Shown here piece after piece: positions 10,536 through 19,782 of a stretch of 64,000 nt of DNA (its first letter is position 1; every line of letters starts with the position of its first letter). The notes beneath the pieces are model-generated. The model saw only the letters and a program-made list of their open reading frames with translations, was not told the DNA's origin and made no database searches. This stretch comes from Candidatus Helarchaeota archaeon. GTDB taxonomy: Archaea; Asgardarchaeota; Lokiarchaeia; Helarchaeales; RDOG01. A program made the translations under genes and the position numbers. The stretch spans positions 1,420,685 to 1,484,684 of the forward strand of contig JAHPZH010000001.1 in NCBI GenBank assembly GCA_019058315.1, read 5' to 3'.

Positions 10536-11738
10536 CTAATTTATTTTTATATTATTTTCTTCAGCTATCTTCTGAAAAACTTCTGCAACCTTTTTAATTT
10601 CATCCCAAGTTAAACCATAAGTATTTAATTTAAAATGTTTTGAGGATCCTGGAAAGATTCCAGCAATTTTATCCTTTTTTAAAGCTTTATAGAGGAAATA
10701 TCCTTTTTCTTTATGTTTTAAAGATGCTTCATAAAGAGAAGGGGTCTCAAATTGTGTTAAAGTGTGTTGTTTTGGTCTAACTCCCAGAGCTTTAACATCT
10801 TCGATTCTTTCCATTTCAGTAACAAAATATCTAATCTTTTTTATTTCTTCATCCCAATTTTCTTGCTTTGTTCTTTTAACTACTCTAGGAAAACTAGCGA
10901 TTAAAGTTGCGAGTGGTGCACCATATACAGGAGGACAACCAAAAAAGTGATACTCTTTCTGTAAAAATTGTCTAGAAGACCAATCACCTTTTATTGTAGA
11001 AGTTGAAAATATTTTTTTTGCCCATTCTGATGTTGTCCCAAGGACACCTATAGGTCCAGAGGCAGCCATACTTTTATGCCCACTACCAATAAGGATGTCT
11101 GCACCTACTTCTTTTCCTTTTATTGGCATAACTCCTACAGAATAAGCCCCATTAACCACAAGGGGAATTTTGTAATCCTTACAAATCTTAGAAACGATTT
11201 TAATATCATTTACATTTCCATAATTATAATCCACATGAGTTAGAACTACAAATGGAGGTTTTTTTCCAGTTTGAGCATTAACTTCTTCAATTTTTTCAGC
11301 ATATGCCTCCAAATTCAATTTAAATTCGGGATGACCTTTATGAGGAACTTCTATAATTTTTACTTTATTATCTTCTGCAGCCAAATATGTTGTATAATGG
11401 GCAAGACTATCTATAACTACGACATCTCCTGGGTTGGCAATGACTTTAAAAATGATATTCATAGCCATACGTGAGCCAGCAGTCGGGCGCACTTCATCCA
11501 TTCCCATAAATATTGCCATATCCGTTAAGAAATCATGAATAGGAGGCTTATTTATTGTATCAAGCCGCCCTTCTAGACACATATCACATACAGAATAGCC
11601 ATCCCCAAATTCAGATAATACTTTTTTGGCCTCTGGCGTCAATTTACCAGCAGCTTGGATTGGATGAATATTAATGAAATCCTTTTTTGTTATTCTGGTT
11701 ATATTAGAATATTTTTGGAGTCTTTTAGGATCTATCAA
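10536..11738 (-). CDS. pscS: O-phospho-L-seryl-tRNA:Cys-tRNA synthase (SepCysS)
   Basis: PIQAAGKLT, GDGYSVCDMC, AHYTTYLAAE, PLP lysine motif GSGHKSMAASGPIG. Confidence 0.95.
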   Translation of the reverse strand: MIDPKRLQKYSNITRITKKDFINIHPIQAAGKLTPEAKKVLSEFGDGYSVCDMCLEGRLDTINKPPIHDFLTDMAIFMGMDEVRPTAGSRMAMNIIFKVIANPGDVVVIDSLAHYTTYLAAEDNKVKIIEVPHKGHPEFKLNLEAYAEKIEEVNAQTGKKPPFVVLTHVDYNYGNVNDIKIVSKICKDYKIPLVVNGAYSVGVMPIKGKEVGADILIGSGHKSMAASGPIGVLGTTSEWAKKIFSTSTIKGDWSSRQFLQKEYHFFGCPPVYGAPLATLIASFPRVVKRTKQENWDEEIKKIRYFVTEMERIEDVKALGVRPKQHTLTQFETPSLYEASLKHKEKGYFLYKALKKDKIAGIFPGSSKHFKLNTYGLTWDEIKKVAEVFQKIAEENNIKIN

Positions 11739-11855
11739 ATAAAACCCTCTAAATTTAATTAAATACCATATATGGAATATTACTAGTTGCTAAATATGAG
11801 AAGGAATCTAATATTAAATAAAAATCGATGGTTTAATAATATAAAAAATAAAAAA

Positions 11856-12320
11856 TTAGACATCAAGTCTTAGGCGAGTATAGCGAGGTTTAAATCCCAA
11901 ATCATCAAAAATTTTCAAAGCTTTTTTTGTTTCTTCACGTACATTAGTTTCAATGGTGTCAACATTTTTTTCTCCTTTTAAAAAGTCTATAGCTGCTTTT
12001 AATAATTGATATCCAACTTGTTGACCTCGGCATTTCCCTGATACATACCATAAAGAGATATCACCAAATCTTCTTTTTAACAAATCAGTTTCGATTTCTG
12101 CTACAACAAGACCACAGAGAGTTCCGTCTTTATCCGCACAAAATATTTTAATGTCAGAAAAAGCTAATTCTTTGATTTCTAGCCCGACAAAATAGCTATC
12201 AAGTAAGGTTAACCATAAACTTTCGTAAAATGGCTGGTTTAGTGACTCGACGAATTCTTTTACTAAATCTGTAATTGCTTCTTTGTCTTTTTTTTCAACG
12301 GAACGAATTTTTACTGCCAA
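11856..12320 (-). CDS. GNAT family N-acetyltransferase
   Basis: YVSGKCRGQQVGYQLL acetyl-CoA motif A; ALKIFDDLGF. Confidence 0.88.
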   Translation of the reverse strand: MAVKIRSVEKKDKEAITDLVKEFVESLNQPFYESLWLTLLDSYFVGLEIKELAFSDIKIFCADKDGTLCGLVVAEIETDLLKRRFGDISLWYVSGKCRGQQVGYQLLKAAIDFLKGEKNVDTIETNVREETKKALKIFDDLGFKPRYTRLRLDV

Positions 12321-12494
12321 AACTTATTTCTCCTTTTAATTAATTGTTAAATTTTTACTATTGTTGGTAGGATATAAGTCTTTAAAATATTTCTTCTTTT
12401 TTGTAATGATTATTTTAATTGATAAATTTGCAAATTTCTAACTTTTTAAAATAATAATAAGATAGATAAGTAAAAAATAATAGAGTGATTAAAT

Positions 12495-13298
12495 ATGTCC
12501 CCTTTCATGTCTTTATCGCATGTTAAAATGTATTATGAGATTCATGGAGAGGGTGATAATTTTATTACAATGATTCATGGCTGGACTGAATCGGGAAAAT
12601 TCTGGAGGGAACAGTTACCAATATTTGATAAAGATAAATATAAAATAATTTTATTAGATTTAAAAGGACATGGAAGATCATCAAAAAACAGAAGAGGGTA
12701 TTTAATTAGAAATCATTCGTATGACGTATACGAATTGCTAGAAAATTTAGGAGTTAATGAGACTATATTATTCGGACATTCTTTAGGTGGGATGGTTACT
12801 CTAGATTTTTATTTTCGCCGTCCTATTAAGATAAGAGCCATGTGTTTATTCAATACCAGCTCCAGAGCAATGAGATTGCCAAGAAGTCTTTCAGAACTTG
12901 GAGGAATTGGTAGATTTGGGTTAAGAAAATTTTTTATGACTGTTTATGATTTTTCTCCTGACCGCGTATTTTCTCATAAAAAAGAAGAGAATGTCCAAGA
13001 ACTTATTAAAGAAGCAAATGATCCCGTCATAACTCCACCACGTGTCAGTATTATGTGTGGAATTGGAGCATTTAATTTTAATGTAGAGTACAAATTAAAT
13101 AGGATAGATATTCCGGTTTTAATTATGACAGGAGAGAAAGATGCGGTTACACCTCCCAGATTAACATATAAAATGCAAAAATTTATTCCAAATTCAATTT
13201 GCCATATAATTCCAGATACTGGACATATGGCAGTCATTGAAAAATCCGATGAAGTGAATAAATACTTACTAAAATTTTTCTCTAAAAATAAACTCTGA
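12495..13298 (+). CDS. Alpha/beta hydrolase
   Basis: IHGW, DLKGHGRS, GHSLGG nucleophile elbow, GEKD, GH. Confidence 0.93.
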   Translation: MSPFMSLSHVKMYYEIHGEGDNFITMIHGWTESGKFWREQLPIFDKDKYKIILLDLKGHGRSSKNRRGYLIRNHSYDVYELLENLGVNETILFGHSLGGMVTLDFYFRRPIKIRAMCLFNTSSRAMRLPRSLSELGGIGRFGLRKFFMTVYDFSPDRVFSHKKEENVQELIKEANDPVITPPRVSIMCGIGAFNFNVEYKLNRIDIPVLIMTGEKDAVTPPRLTYKMQKFIPNSICHIIPDTGHMAVIEKSDEVNKYLLKFFSKNKL

Positions 13299-13311
13299 TT
13301 TCTAGGTTAGC

Positions 13312-13989
13312 TTATTTGTCTGATTTTTGTAATAATTTTTTCCTATATTGTTCAATTTCCAAATTTAAAATTGCTTGTGAATCTTTTTTAGATAGAACAT
13401 AAGGCTCACCAAGTAATTTGGCTTGAAATAAGATCTGGGCCCCTGATTCTAAAACTTGTGTTCTGGTATAAGCTTCTTTAATCGATTTTCCTACTGCGAT
13501 AGCCCCATGATTTTTTAAAACACAACTTGGGACATCCTTCATTGCTTGGACGACAAGCTGTGCCATATCTTCAGTGCATGGCGTGACATATGTCACTTGA
13601 GGAACATAATCACCCAAATAGACTACAAAATCTGGAAATAAAGGGACTAGTAAAATATCTACGGACGAAAGAGAAATTACGTAAGGAGGATGTGAATGAA
13701 AAATACAATTAATATCGGATCTGGCTTGATAAAGAAACAGATGTAATGCAACTTCGGAAGATGGCATTAATCGGGAGTCCAAAATTTTTCCGGTTGAAAC
13801 ATCAATAGGAACAAAATCGTCTATACTCATTTCCATAAAAGGGATTCCCGAGGGTGAAATCCACATAACACCATCCTCATCTTTAATCGAAGTATTTCCA
13901 CCAGGTCCTATCACTAACCCTTCCTTTTGCATTAATTGGCTGTATTCAAGGAGTAAAGTTTTTTTCTTTTTAAGTTCTTCATCGGTCAA
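13312..13989 (-). CDS. Class II aldolase/adducin family protein (fuculose-phosphate aldolase-like)
   Basis: GGNTS, ISPSG, PSSE..LH, HSHP, LKNHG. Confidence 0.92.
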   Translation of the reverse strand: MTDEELKKKKTLLLEYSQLMQKEGLVIGPGGNTSIKDEDGVMWISPSGIPFMEMSIDDFVPIDVSTGKILDSRLMPSSEVALHLFLYQARSDINCIFHSHPPYVISLSSVDILLVPLFPDFVVYLGDYVPQVTYVTPCTEDMAQLVVQAMKDVPSCVLKNHGAIAVGKSIKEAYTRTQVLESGAQILFQAKLLGEPYVLSKKDSQAILNLEIEQYRKKLLQKSDK

Positions 13990-14049
13990 TCATAACACCA
14001 ATATTTTATAGATTATATTCAAATAAAAATTATAAAAAGATCGTAAAGA

Positions 14050-14388
14050 GTGTATTTAAAAATGCATAAGGCATTCCAACAAGTTGAAGAAGCGGATTTA
14101 GTTATATTTTTTTACAATTGGGAAGAATGGAAAATTGAGAAGCCGTATAATAAAAATATAGAAGGTATTGAACAGCTGAATAAGAATATATTAAAAGAAT
14201 CGATATTGAAAATGGAAATAAAACGAGATCTTGTAGTAGTAATTTTAGATAAGAGAGAATCTGATATACAAATTGATGAAATAACTAAGTTTTTAAAAAT
14301 ATTTAGATTTAAGAGAATGATTTTTCAAGCAGGAATATCAAATATGCATCCAGATGGTAGACCAATTCTAAAAGAGGAATGGTTATGA
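14050..14388 (+). CDS. Hypothetical protein (112 aa)
   Basis: Open frame filling the gap; no motif recognised. Confidence 0.6.
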   Translation: MYLKMHKAFQQVEEADLVIFFYNWEEWKIEKPYNKNIEGIEQLNKNILKESILKMEIKRDLVVVILDKRESDIQIDEITKFLKIFRFKRMIFQAGISNMHPDGRPILKEEWL

Positions 14389-14506
14389 GGAAAGAAAATA
14401 AAAAGGAGATTATATAATTGAATTTACTTTAATTTTTCAATAAAGTCTGGGATATTAGGAGCTGTTAAAATAGTTCCCTATCTTAATTAATTTAGATATT
14501 ATAATA

Positions 14507-14815
14507 TTAAATTTTACCATGTTCCAATTGGTAGTACCGTGTCCATCCAACTATTGCTAATATTGCTCCAGTTATTATGATTAAAGCACCAACAATCGTA
14601 AAGATTGTAGAACTATTAAGCATTCTTTGTCCTTGAGATATTAATGGAAGTATCGTTATTATTAACATAGATGAATCGCTATCAAACGTACCCATCGTCG
14701 TTATCAAGAACAAAATGTTCGTAGTCATTATACGATTGGCTAACATACGCATCATTAAGCTAAAACCTAAAATAATACCACCTACACCAGCCAAGACTAG
14801 GCCAATTATACCCAT
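14507..14815 (-). CDS. Small hydrophobic membrane protein
   Basis: Two to three hydrophobic segments; the true start may be slightly upstream. Confidence 0.7.
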   Translation of the reverse strand: MGIIGLVLAGVGGIILGFSLMMRMLANRIMTTNILFLITTMGTFDSDSSMLIITILPLISQGQRMLNSSTIFTIVGALIIITGAILAIVGWTRYYQLEHGKI

Positions 14816-14993
14816 TGCAAATTCTCCTTTATGTTCCAGTTCTAATCACCTCTTAAGTCGATTTTTAAATAATAACTAAATTAATTTTACTTATATGCAT
14901 TTTAAATATTACCAAGTAAAAATTTGTAAAATGATTTCTTTTTTTAGTCAAAATTCTTTTTATAGATTAATAAATTCAAATTGATGTGATCAT

Positions 14994-15737
14994 TTGGAGT
15001 TGGGTATTGGAGAAAAATTTCAAAAGGAAACAAAATATAATCGTAATACCATGAAAGGTGGCTTTTTGGATTGGGTAACCAAACCTGACATTTATAAAAC
15101 ATATTCAGAAGTTAAAAAGATAAAGTTACCCGAACCGAAACAAAAGAAAAATATGGTTCTTGATGAAATTTTACAAATAAGGCATAGTATACGTAATTTT
15201 TCTGAAGACCCGGTCAGTTTACAAGATCTTTCATACCTTTTATGGGCTACAACAGGTATACAAAGAATTGAGCATGGATATGAGTTTCGAACAGCTCCTT
15301 CAGCAGGTGCACTTTATCCTATTGAGACCTATTTGGTTGTGAATAATGTAGAAGATCTTGAGCAAGGAGTATACCACTACGCAATAAAAAACCATAAATT
15401 AGAGCAATTAAAAGTAGGAGATTATAGCATTAAGATAGCTAGAGCAGCTTTAGGGCAAAAGATAGCTCAATTCGCTGCAGTTGATTTCATCTGGACAGCA
15501 ATATATTTTAGATCGATATGGAAATATAAACAACGTGCATTTAGGTATATTTATCTGGATTGTGGACATATTGGGCAAAATCTAGCTCTTGCATCAGTAA
15601 GCCTTGGGCTAGGAAGTTGCCAAATTGGAGCAATTTTTGATGATGAGGCAAATGAAATAGTTGGAGTGGATGGGGAAAAGGAAAGTGTTATTTATATGTG
15701 TGTTGTCGGTCATCCAAAGCAAGCTTTTTTATTATAA
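14994..15737 (+). CDS. SagB/ThcOx-family dehydrogenase (nitroreductase fold)
   Basis: RHSIRNF, RTAPSAGALYPIETY, YLDCGHIGQNLAL, IGAIFDD. Confidence 0.93.
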   Translation: MELGIGEKFQKETKYNRNTMKGGFLDWVTKPDIYKTYSEVKKIKLPEPKQKKNMVLDEILQIRHSIRNFSEDPVSLQDLSYLLWATTGIQRIEHGYEFRTAPSAGALYPIETYLVVNNVEDLEQGVYHYAIKNHKLEQLKVGDYSIKIARAALGQKIAQFAAVDFIWTAIYFRSIWKYKQRAFRYIYLDCGHIGQNLALASVSLGLGSCQIGAIFDDEANEIVGVDGEKESVIYMCVVGHPKQAFLL

Positions 15738-15800
15738 GGTTTAAAAACAGAATCTATCTATAGTTTCACAAATCAATTATGCCAGAGAAATAATTGGGTA

Positions 15801-16871
15801 ATGTATATGACTAATCAAGAATCAAAGCGTATCGAAATAATTGATTTATATCGTAATCAAAAACCTATCTATGAAGATGAAAATTTAACTTTGGTTAGAT
15901 TGGAATCATTAACTAGAAATGGATTAAATAAATTAAATAAAAACGATGCTTTAGTTATCATTCCGATTGCGCCTATCGAAGCTCATGGAAATTTTTTACC
16001 AATTGGTTCAGATTATATTGAAAGTATTTTGATGGTTGAACTTATTAAAGAAACCTTAAAAGAAAAAAGGTCTAATAATCATTACACCATTGTTGAATCT
16101 CCAGGAATACCAATTGGAACAGGTGCCCTTCGATCAGTTGAAGGTACTCTTGATATTGGACATAGAGCCTTTCGTGATTGTGTTATTGACTTTATTGATG
16201 GTTTAGTTAAAGCAGGATTTAAACGATTTTTAATTATTACAGTTCATCATGGCATGATTCATGCTTATGCGTTGGAGGAAGCAGCAGATAAAATAGTAAA
16301 AAGATATAGAAAAAAAGATGTGAGAGTTACTTCTCCTGTGCATTGGATAGCTAAAACATTGTATATGGACGACCCTAAAAAAACATGGTCTAGATTAGTG
16401 GAGAAAATAGGACAAAAGTCTTTAAGCGATGAAGAGTTAGAAGCAATTAAACATGATCATCATGCTTCTATAATGGAGACGTGTTTTATGAAAAAAGTCA
16501 ACCCTGATCTTGTAGATCCAGAATACAAAACTTCTGGACCTATTTTCGATGGAATTAACAATCAATTATTAGGTTTACTTACCAGCCGATATAAATATGA
16601 CCACCAAGGACTTGCATACAACGGCAATCCAAGCTTAACAGACAATAGAGATTGGTATTCTCTTTATGTAGAAAAGATAAAAGAGATTGGTTTGGAATTT
16701 ATTGATGCACTTTATAATAAAGATCCAAACGCTTTTAAACCATATCTTCACTCACATATTTGGCAATTTAAATTTCTTAAGACCAATTTTAAGCAATATT
16801 TTATTATTCCTTTCATTATCTTTATGATAGTTCTTCCATGGATCTTATTTTTTATAAATTTACAGACTTAA
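15801..16871 (+). CDS. Creatininase/creatinine amidohydrolase family protein with C-terminal membrane anchor
   Basis: PIAPIEAHGNFLPIGSD, HHG, HHASIMET; hydrophobic tail FIIPFIIFMIVLPWILFF. Confidence 0.82.
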   Translation: MYMTNQESKRIEIIDLYRNQKPIYEDENLTLVRLESLTRNGLNKLNKNDALVIIPIAPIEAHGNFLPIGSDYIESILMVELIKETLKEKRSNNHYTIVESPGIPIGTGALRSVEGTLDIGHRAFRDCVIDFIDGLVKAGFKRFLIITVHHGMIHAYALEEAADKIVKRYRKKDVRVTSPVHWIAKTLYMDDPKKTWSRLVEKIGQKSLSDEELEAIKHDHHASIMETCFMKKVNPDLVDPEYKTSGPIFDGINNQLLGLLTSRYKYDHQGLAYNGNPSLTDNRDWYSLYVEKIKEIGLEFIDALYNKDPNAFKPYLHSHIWQFKFLKTNFKQYFIIPFIIFMIVLPWILFFINLQT

Positions 16872-16894
16872 TTAATTATTAACTTCTAATTTAT

Positions 16895-19018
16895 GTGGTA
16901 TCATTGGTATTTTTATCAATTTTAAAAAAAATTATCAATAGGAGAGTTTGGTTAGCAGCATGCTTTATAATTTTTAGTTTGAGTATGGTTAATTGTGCTA
17001 GAGGAACTTTTGATGAAATAAATGTGCAACGGGTTTCATTTACAGTGAATCCTAGATATACTTACGAAGTTAATTTATTTTTCAACAGAACTATGTTAAA
17101 TTATGCAAAAACTCATAGTGTGGCGGGTTATTTATTCACTCCACCCCCATATTACGCACTATTATATGTGAATAGGACTTCAGGACATTTCTCAGGATTT
17201 CCTACTATTATATGGTGTCATGGTGGATTAGGAAATGCCGAATTACAATACCATTATGCAAAAGAACTTGCAGCTAGAGGTTTTAAAGTGTTAGTAATAA
17301 ATCAACCAGGTCATGGAGATAGTGGAGGTCAGTATACAAAAGGAATAAACAACCTACCAGTGCTTTATTCAGCTGTTGATTATCTTTATTATCTTTGTTG
17401 GGATGTGGATCGTAATAGAATTGGTGTATCAGGTCATTCACATGGGGGAGTTCTTACCACCAGAGGAGGTATATTTGATAATTGGACAAATCCAAAAACA
17501 AATAACTCAATTGGGACAGGGGGTAAAATTAAAAGCTTTGGAGCAATATATTGTTGGGATACTTTGCTTGGGGCTACCACTTACATGGGGTTAAGTGAAA
17601 GACCACTTTATGCTCTTTATCCCGAACTTTTATATTATGATCCTGATTTCCAATGGATTTTTAGTCGTTCAAATTTTCTATCAAGCACCTTTCCTTTTAC
17701 TATGCCAAATGAATTGGAAGCTCGCTCAGTTTCTAATTTCATTAATAGCACAAATATTGGCAATTATATGTTAATAATCGGAGCTGCAGAAGAATATATT
17801 TCAGTTCCTCAAGAATGTTTATTAATGGAGGCAGCTACAAAAAATTCAAGCGGCATACCTCAAGTTAGCGCTGAGGATATATTTAAAAATGTAATTTCAA
17901 GCTTGTCATGGAATTATGGAAATATAACGGATAATAATTCAAGACGGTTGATTATAGTCCCAGGTGTTAACCATATAGGAGAGGGAAGTGATTCTATCGT
18001 ACTCCAAAGCCTAGTTACATGGTTTCATGAATCGTTTGGAACAGGATACGAAAACTTTCCAATTCGTCTAGATTGGGAAAGAAATTATAATCTAAGACAA
18101 AGTTGGGCTATTGGTCTATTTGCAACTTTGTCAGCTATACCGGGTCTTGTTTCATATTTATCTAGCTGGTTTTCTCCAAAATTAGGAAATTTGCCAGATA
18201 AAAAGAAAATAAATAAAAATAATCATTTAATTAAACCGATTGATTTGAATACAAATAGCAAAATTAAATTATTAATATCATATTGTCTCTTTCTGATAAT
18301 TTCTTGTATAATCGGCAGTAATTTAGTCAGAAATACATTAGATATAAAAACATTTATTCAATTCTGGAATTGGAATTTAGCTTCTATCCCTTTATTAGTA
18401 ATATCATTAATTCAGATTCCAATTATAATCTTAATAATCCAATTTGAAAAGAAACATTATAAACTTGATTCAAATGATTATAAACTCTCTCCAAAATCTG
18501 TTTTAAGAGGGTTAATGATAGGTGCATTACCCATTCTTCTTATAGTATGTATCTATGATATTTCAGCCTTTATTTGTAACGTTCCAATGCTACTGCCTCG
18601 CCCCTTTGAAGTTAGTGTTTATATAGATTTCTTTATTTTATTGGGAATTATGCTCCTTTTTTCATTAACTAATGAACTAGTCTTTCGTAAATTAATTCAA
18701 TCAAAAATTGATAAGGGAAAAAGAAAACTAAAACGTTGGAAAACGAATTTTATGGTTTCCTTATTGAATATTTTTATATTAATTATAAATTTTGGAATTA
18801 TAGCTAATTTAACTTTCGGCACTGGCTTTTTTGGTCATTTTTCACCTTTAGAAGCGACAGGTCCATTTTTAGCCATAATTTGTGGTTGTATGATTATTTT
18901 AAATTTTGTTAATGCGTTTATTTATCAACGTTCAAAGTCAATCACGAGCACTAGTATATTTACTGCCTTAATTTTAACATTATTACAAACTGGAAAAATA
19001 TTTGGAAATTATATCTAA
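16895..19018 (+). CDS. Exported alpha/beta hydrolase fused to a C-terminal multi-pass membrane domain
   Basis: Signal-like N-terminus, CHGG, QPGHGDSGG, GHSHGG, NH; about 8 TM segments with NELVFR (CPBP/Abi-like). Confidence 0.85.
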   Translation: MVSLVFLSILKKIINRRVWLAACFIIFSLSMVNCARGTFDEINVQRVSFTVNPRYTYEVNLFFNRTMLNYAKTHSVAGYLFTPPPYYALLYVNRTSGHFSGFPTIIWCHGGLGNAELQYHYAKELAARGFKVLVINQPGHGDSGGQYTKGINNLPVLYSAVDYLYYLCWDVDRNRIGVSGHSHGGVLTTRGGIFDNWTNPKTNNSIGTGGKIKSFGAIYCWDTLLGATTYMGLSERPLYALYPELLYYDPDFQWIFSRSNFLSSTFPFTMPNELEARSVSNFINSTNIGNYMLIIGAAEEYISVPQECLLMEAATKNSSGIPQVSAEDIFKNVISSLSWNYGNITDNNSRRLIIVPGVNHIGEGSDSIVLQSLVTWFHESFGTGYENFPIRLDWERNYNLRQSWAIGLFATLSAIPGLVSYLSSWFSPKLGNLPDKKKINKNNHLIKPIDLNTNSKIKLLISYCLFLIISCIIGSNLVRNTLDIKTFIQFWNWNLASIPLLVISLIQIPIIILIIQFEKKHYKLDSNDYKLSPKSVLRGLMIGALPILLIVCIYDISAFICNVPMLLPRPFEVSVYIDFFILLGIMLLFSLTNELVFRKLIQSKIDKGKRKLKRWKTNFMVSLLNIFILIINFGIIANLTFGTGFFGHFSPLEATGPFLAIICGCMIILNFVNAFIYQRSKSITSTSIFTALILTLLQTGKIFGNYI

Positions 19019-19031
19019 TTTTGAATTGAAT

Positions 19032-19460
19032 TTATTTAATTCTTTTAATTAAAAACTGTCCCTTTTTTTTCTGAAATGGTGGAGGAATATAAAAATTATA
19101 CTGTTCATCATCTAAATTGATAATCCAGGAATGAGTAGATTTACGAATTATACTAACAGGTCCAGATTTAATTTGTTTCCAAGTTCCTTTTCCGTAACCT
19201 TTTTCAATAACTCCTTCTTTATCAAATAAATATATTGGGTCGTGTAATTCCATCATTATTCCTAGCCGAGGCCGTTCGTTTACTTTTGGTAATCCTTTTG
19301 GGACTATAAAATCAATTGCTACCTCTAAAACTTTACTTCCAAGAGCATAGTCAAGATGTTTTCCTCGTTTTTCTGCTATATGTTCACGAATAGAAAAAAA
19401 ATCGATTTTGGATATAAATTTTTCATTTTTTAGCTGAAATAACGAGTTTTCATAACTCAA
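19032..19460 (-). CDS. Hypothetical protein (142 aa)
   Basis: Open frame with a GGTAATG element upstream; no motif recognised. Confidence 0.65.
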   Translation of the reverse strand: MSYENSLFQLKNEKFISKIDFFSIREHIAEKRGKHLDYALGSKVLEVAIDFIVPKGLPKVNERPRLGIMMELHDPIYLFDKEGVIEKGYGKGTWKQIKSGPVSIIRKSTHSWIINLDDEQYNFYIPPPFQKKKGQFLIKRIK

Positions 19461-19782
19461 TTGTCATTACACCATTTTAAGATGAGATAAATATTTTCAA
19501 TTTACCATTATTTAATTCAATCAACCTATTTAAATCAATTAAGAAGAGTTAATAAATTGATATCATTAATTTTTTATATTGCGTAATTCCTAGATAAATA
19601 TGACAAAAATATTGGGACTGATTGCCATAAATCACCATCAAATATTTGAGAAAAAAGAAATTTATAAGAAAAATTAAAATTTTTTAAAAATTCTGATGGG
19701 AGGGCAATCTAAAATTGAGCATTTACAATTTCATTCCCATAGGAAATTATTCAAAAATTAAAATGTATATGAGGGAAATGAA

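Noticed and set aside
14507-19018. Possible RiPP cluster (SagB dehydrogenase + creatininase + CPBP-like domain + small peptide)
   Set aside because: No YcaO/E1-like enzyme or Cys/Ser/Thr-rich precursor; stand-alone SagB homologs are common in archaea.
19695-19742. Possible hairpin (ATGGGA...TCCCAT) upstream of the PAS kinase
   Set aside because: Only a 6-7 bp stem with a long loop; not enough to call an RNA element.
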